Assembly (NCBI GenBank): GCA_046292385.1
Contig: JBKBRF010000080.1
Coordinates: forward strand, 1-16,768
Reading direction: 5' to 3'
Origin: Armatimonadota bacterium
GTDB lineage: Bacteria; Armatimonadota; SYMT01
Length of the DNA stretch: 16,768 bases
Position numbers and translations under genes: made by a program. Below, piece by piece: positions 14,481 to 16,768 of the stretch (positions are counted from its first letter, which is position 1; the number at the start of each line of letters is the position of its first letter). The notes below the pieces were generated by a model that did not search any database, was not told the origin of the DNA, and worked only from the letters and a program-made list of their open reading frames with translations.

Positions 14481-16484
14481 ATGAGTATGTCCACTCCCGC
14501 CGATACGCCCCTCCTTTCGGCCGAGCGACTGGTCTCGCTCGGCCGCGTCACTTCGGTCGTGCCCTCGCCGTGCGGAACCTGGGCCGCCGTCGCCGTCTCC
14601 CGCCTCGATGCGGACGGCTCCCGCTACGTCTCCGATCTCTGGCGCGTGCCGCTGCAGAGCGGCGAGCCGGTCCCGCTGACCCGCGGCGATTCCGATGACC
14701 GCGCGCCCTGCTTCCGGCGGGACGGCAGCCTCGGATTCTTGAGCAACCGGAATCCGCGGGCCGGTAAGCCGGAGGAAGGCGACGAGGAGCGGAGCCAGGT
14801 CTGGCTCCTGCCCGCGGGCGGCGGGGAGCCCCGTCCCCTCACGGATGAGCCGCTGGGCGTCGCCTCGTTCCGGTTTGCCGCCGCCGCGGACCGGCTGCTG
14901 GTGGTCGCGGACGTGCTGCCGGGAGTCCCCCACGAGGAGCAGCGCGCCCACGCCGCGGAGCGGCGGAAGCACGGCCCCTCCACGCTTCGCTACGATCGGA
15001 TGCCGGTGCGCTACTGGGACCAGTGGCTGGCGCCCGCGGCCCCGCACCTGATTGCGTATGACGAGGACGGCGAGAGCCGGCGCGACCTGACGCCGCAGGC
15101 GGACCGGGAGCACCGCAACGCCGGTTGGGACGTGAGCGCCGACGGCCGGTATGCGGCGATCACCCGCGCCATCCCCGGCGAAGACCGGATGGAAGATGCG
15201 GACCTGCTGCTGATCGACCTGGAGAGCGGCGAGACCCGCACCCTCGGCGGCGCTCCGACCGTGAGTGTCCAGCACCCGCTCTTCGATCCCAGCGGGGCCC
15301 GGATCGCGGCGGTGCGGCACGCCCGCACAGCGCACGCAGTGGGCAAGCCGGATCTCTGGATCTTCGACCGGGACTCCGGGAGCGGCCGGGCGGTGGGGGA
15401 GGAGTGGGACCGCTGGCCGAACCCGCACTGCTGGACCGCGGACGGCGCGGCGCTGCTGGCGACGGCAGATGACGGCGGCTCCGTGCCGGTGTTCCGGGTC
15501 GACGCGCAGAGCGGAGCGGTGACCCGCCTCACGCCGGAGGGGCTGGGCGGCGTGCACGACGGCCTTCGCGTGGTGCCCGGCGCGGAGGCGGCGGTCGGCA
15601 TCCGCCACCACACCCTGCACCCGCCGGAGCCGTGCCGGATCCCGCTGCGCCCCGGCGCCGGGCCGGAGCTGCTGGCGTGCCTGAGCGGCTTTACAGTGGA
15701 AGAGGGCGCCCGGATCGCCGGGGTCGAGTCGCGGACTACCGCGTCGACCAACGGCGTTCCGATCCAGTGGTGGGTCGTCACCCCCGCCGGAGCGGGCAAG
15801 AAGCTGCCGGCGGTGCTCTGGATCCACGGCGGGCCGATCGGACAGTGGTCGGACGGCTGGCACTGGCGCTGGAACCCGCTGGTCGCCGCCTCCCAGGGCT
15901 ACGTCGTCGCGCTCCCCAACCCCAGCGGCTCCACCGGGTTCGGGCAGGCGCTGGTGGAGCAGATCTGGGGCAACTCCTGGGGCGCCCAGTGCTACCACGA
16001 CCTGATGGCCGTTACCGACGAGGTGGAGCGGCTGCCGCAGGTCGACCCGGCGCGGATCGCCGCCATGGGCGGCTCGTTCGGCGGGTACATGACCAACTGG
16101 ATCGGCGGGAACACGGACCGGTTCCGCTGCCTCGTCACGCACGCCAGCCTCTACCACCTGCTGGCGTTCCAGGGCACCACGGACTTCCCCGTCTGGTTCG
16201 CTCGCCACATCGGCGGCGCGCCGTACGCCGACCCCGGCGCCTACGACCGCTACTCGCCGCACGCGCGGGTGCAGCACTGGAAGTCGCCGACCCTGGTAAT
16301 CCACGGCGAGAAAGACTACCGCGTCCCGATCGGCGAGGCACTGGCGCTCTTCGAGGCGCTCCAGCACCACGGGGTCCCCTCGGAGATGGTGATCTTCCCG
16401 GACGAGAACCACTGGATTCTCAGGCCCCGGAACGTGATCGCCTGGTACGACGCGGTGCTGGAGTTCCTGGGGCGGCACCTGTAG
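14481..16484 (+). CDS. S9 family (prolyl oligopeptidase clan; dipeptidyl/acylaminoacyl-peptidase-like) serine peptidase
   Basis: N-terminal TolB-like propeller, then WIHGGP, PNPSGSTGFGQ, nucleophile GGSFGGY, acid HGEKDYRV and base PDENH. No signal peptide. The start is ATG 14481 or 14487. Confidence 0.95.
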   Translation: MSMSTPADTPLLSAERLVSLGRVTSVVPSPCGTWAAVAVSRLDADGSRYVSDLWRVPLQSGEPVPLTRGDSDDRAPCFRRDGSLGFLSNRNPRAGKPEEGDEERSQVWLLPAGGGEPRPLTDEPLGVASFRFAAAADRLLVVADVLPGVPHEEQRAHAAERRKHGPSTLRYDRMPVRYWDQWLAPAAPHLIAYDEDGESRRDLTPQADREHRNAGWDVSADGRYAAITRAIPGEDRMEDADLLLIDLESGETRTLGGAPTVSVQHPLFDPSGARIAAVRHARTAHAVGKPDLWIFDRDSGSGRAVGEEWDRWPNPHCWTADGAALLATADDGGSVPVFRVDAQSGAVTRLTPEGLGGVHDGLRVVPGAEAAVGIRHHTLHPPEPCRIPLRPGAGPELLACLSGFTVEEGARIAGVESRTTASTNGVPIQWWVVTPAGAGKKLPAVLWIHGGPIGQWSDGWHWRWNPLVAASQGYVVALPNPSGSTGFGQALVEQIWGNSWGAQCYHDLMAVTDEVERLPQVDPARIAAMGGSFGGYMTNWIGGNTDRFRCLVTHASLYHLLAFQGTTDFPVWFARHIGGAPYADPGAYDRYSPHARVQHWKSPTLVIHGEKDYRVPIGEALALFEALQHHGVPSEMVIFPDENHWILRPRNVIAWYDAVLEFLGRHL

Positions 16485-16664
16485 ATCGGGAGCCCAGTTG
16501 GCTGTGGCAACCCGGGAAACCCCGCATCTCACGAAGAGCGAAAACACCTTCCGGTGCTGCCGGAGTGACGCGCTCGCGGATACTGTTGGCGAAATCAGCG
16601 GGGCAGGAGGATCTTCGTGGCCGACCGCTTCGGCGAGATTCCCCTGGCGGGGAAGCGGTGGCAA

Positions 16665-16688
16665 GTGTCACACGCTGTAAAGTTACAC
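16665..16688. promoter_or_regulatory. Candidate transcription-factor site, probably for a gene beyond the window
   Basis: Palindromes GTGTCACAC (16665-16673) and TGTAA-AG-TTACA (16676-16687), plus the direct repeat GTCACAC/GTTACAC, in an AT-richer patch. Confidence 0.3.
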
Positions 16689-16768
16689 CACTGGCGGCGC
16701 AGGCGAGATTTGCCGCCGTCCGCGGTTCGGGAGGGGCGGGAAAAGCTCGGCCGCCTTCGTTTCCCCAT

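Noticed and set aside
16595..16768. Minus-strand 57-codon frame starting at the terminal CAT
   Set aside because: The translation has no recognisable features and atypical codon usage, and its upstream context is outside the window.

Overview
GC-rich bacterial window. The style of the prepilin/DUF1559 protein suggests Armatimonadota or a PVC-like lineage (inference). The left half is a minus-strand operon: BlaI/MecI-family repressor, BlaR1-like M56 metalloprotease whose extracellular domain is a vWA fold rather than a penicillin-binding domain, a 50-aa membrane peptide missed by the ORF track, a 739-aa secreted TPR protein, ExbB/TolQ, and ExbD/TolR (also missed, truncated at the window edge). 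Two tandem ACTA-N6-TAGT boxes, a likely BlaI operator, precede this operon. In the middle, a PepSY-TM (FoxB/PiuB-like) membrane protein is tightly coupled to a DUF1559/H-X9-DG pseudopilin, with a good sigma70 promoter and a candidate DtxR/MntR-type box; no TonB-dependent receptor is present in the window. The right half holds a secreted PHP (CehA/McbA-like) hydrolase, a Trm112-like Zn-ribbon/SAM methyltransferase fusion, a secreted protein with an internal two-fold duplication, a secreted SH3b plus beta-propeller-like protein and an S9 peptidase. Two intergenic regions (1042-1162 and about 6149-6495) are built from short tandem repeats arranged as inverted structures. I saw no rRNA, tRNA, CRISPR array or transposase.
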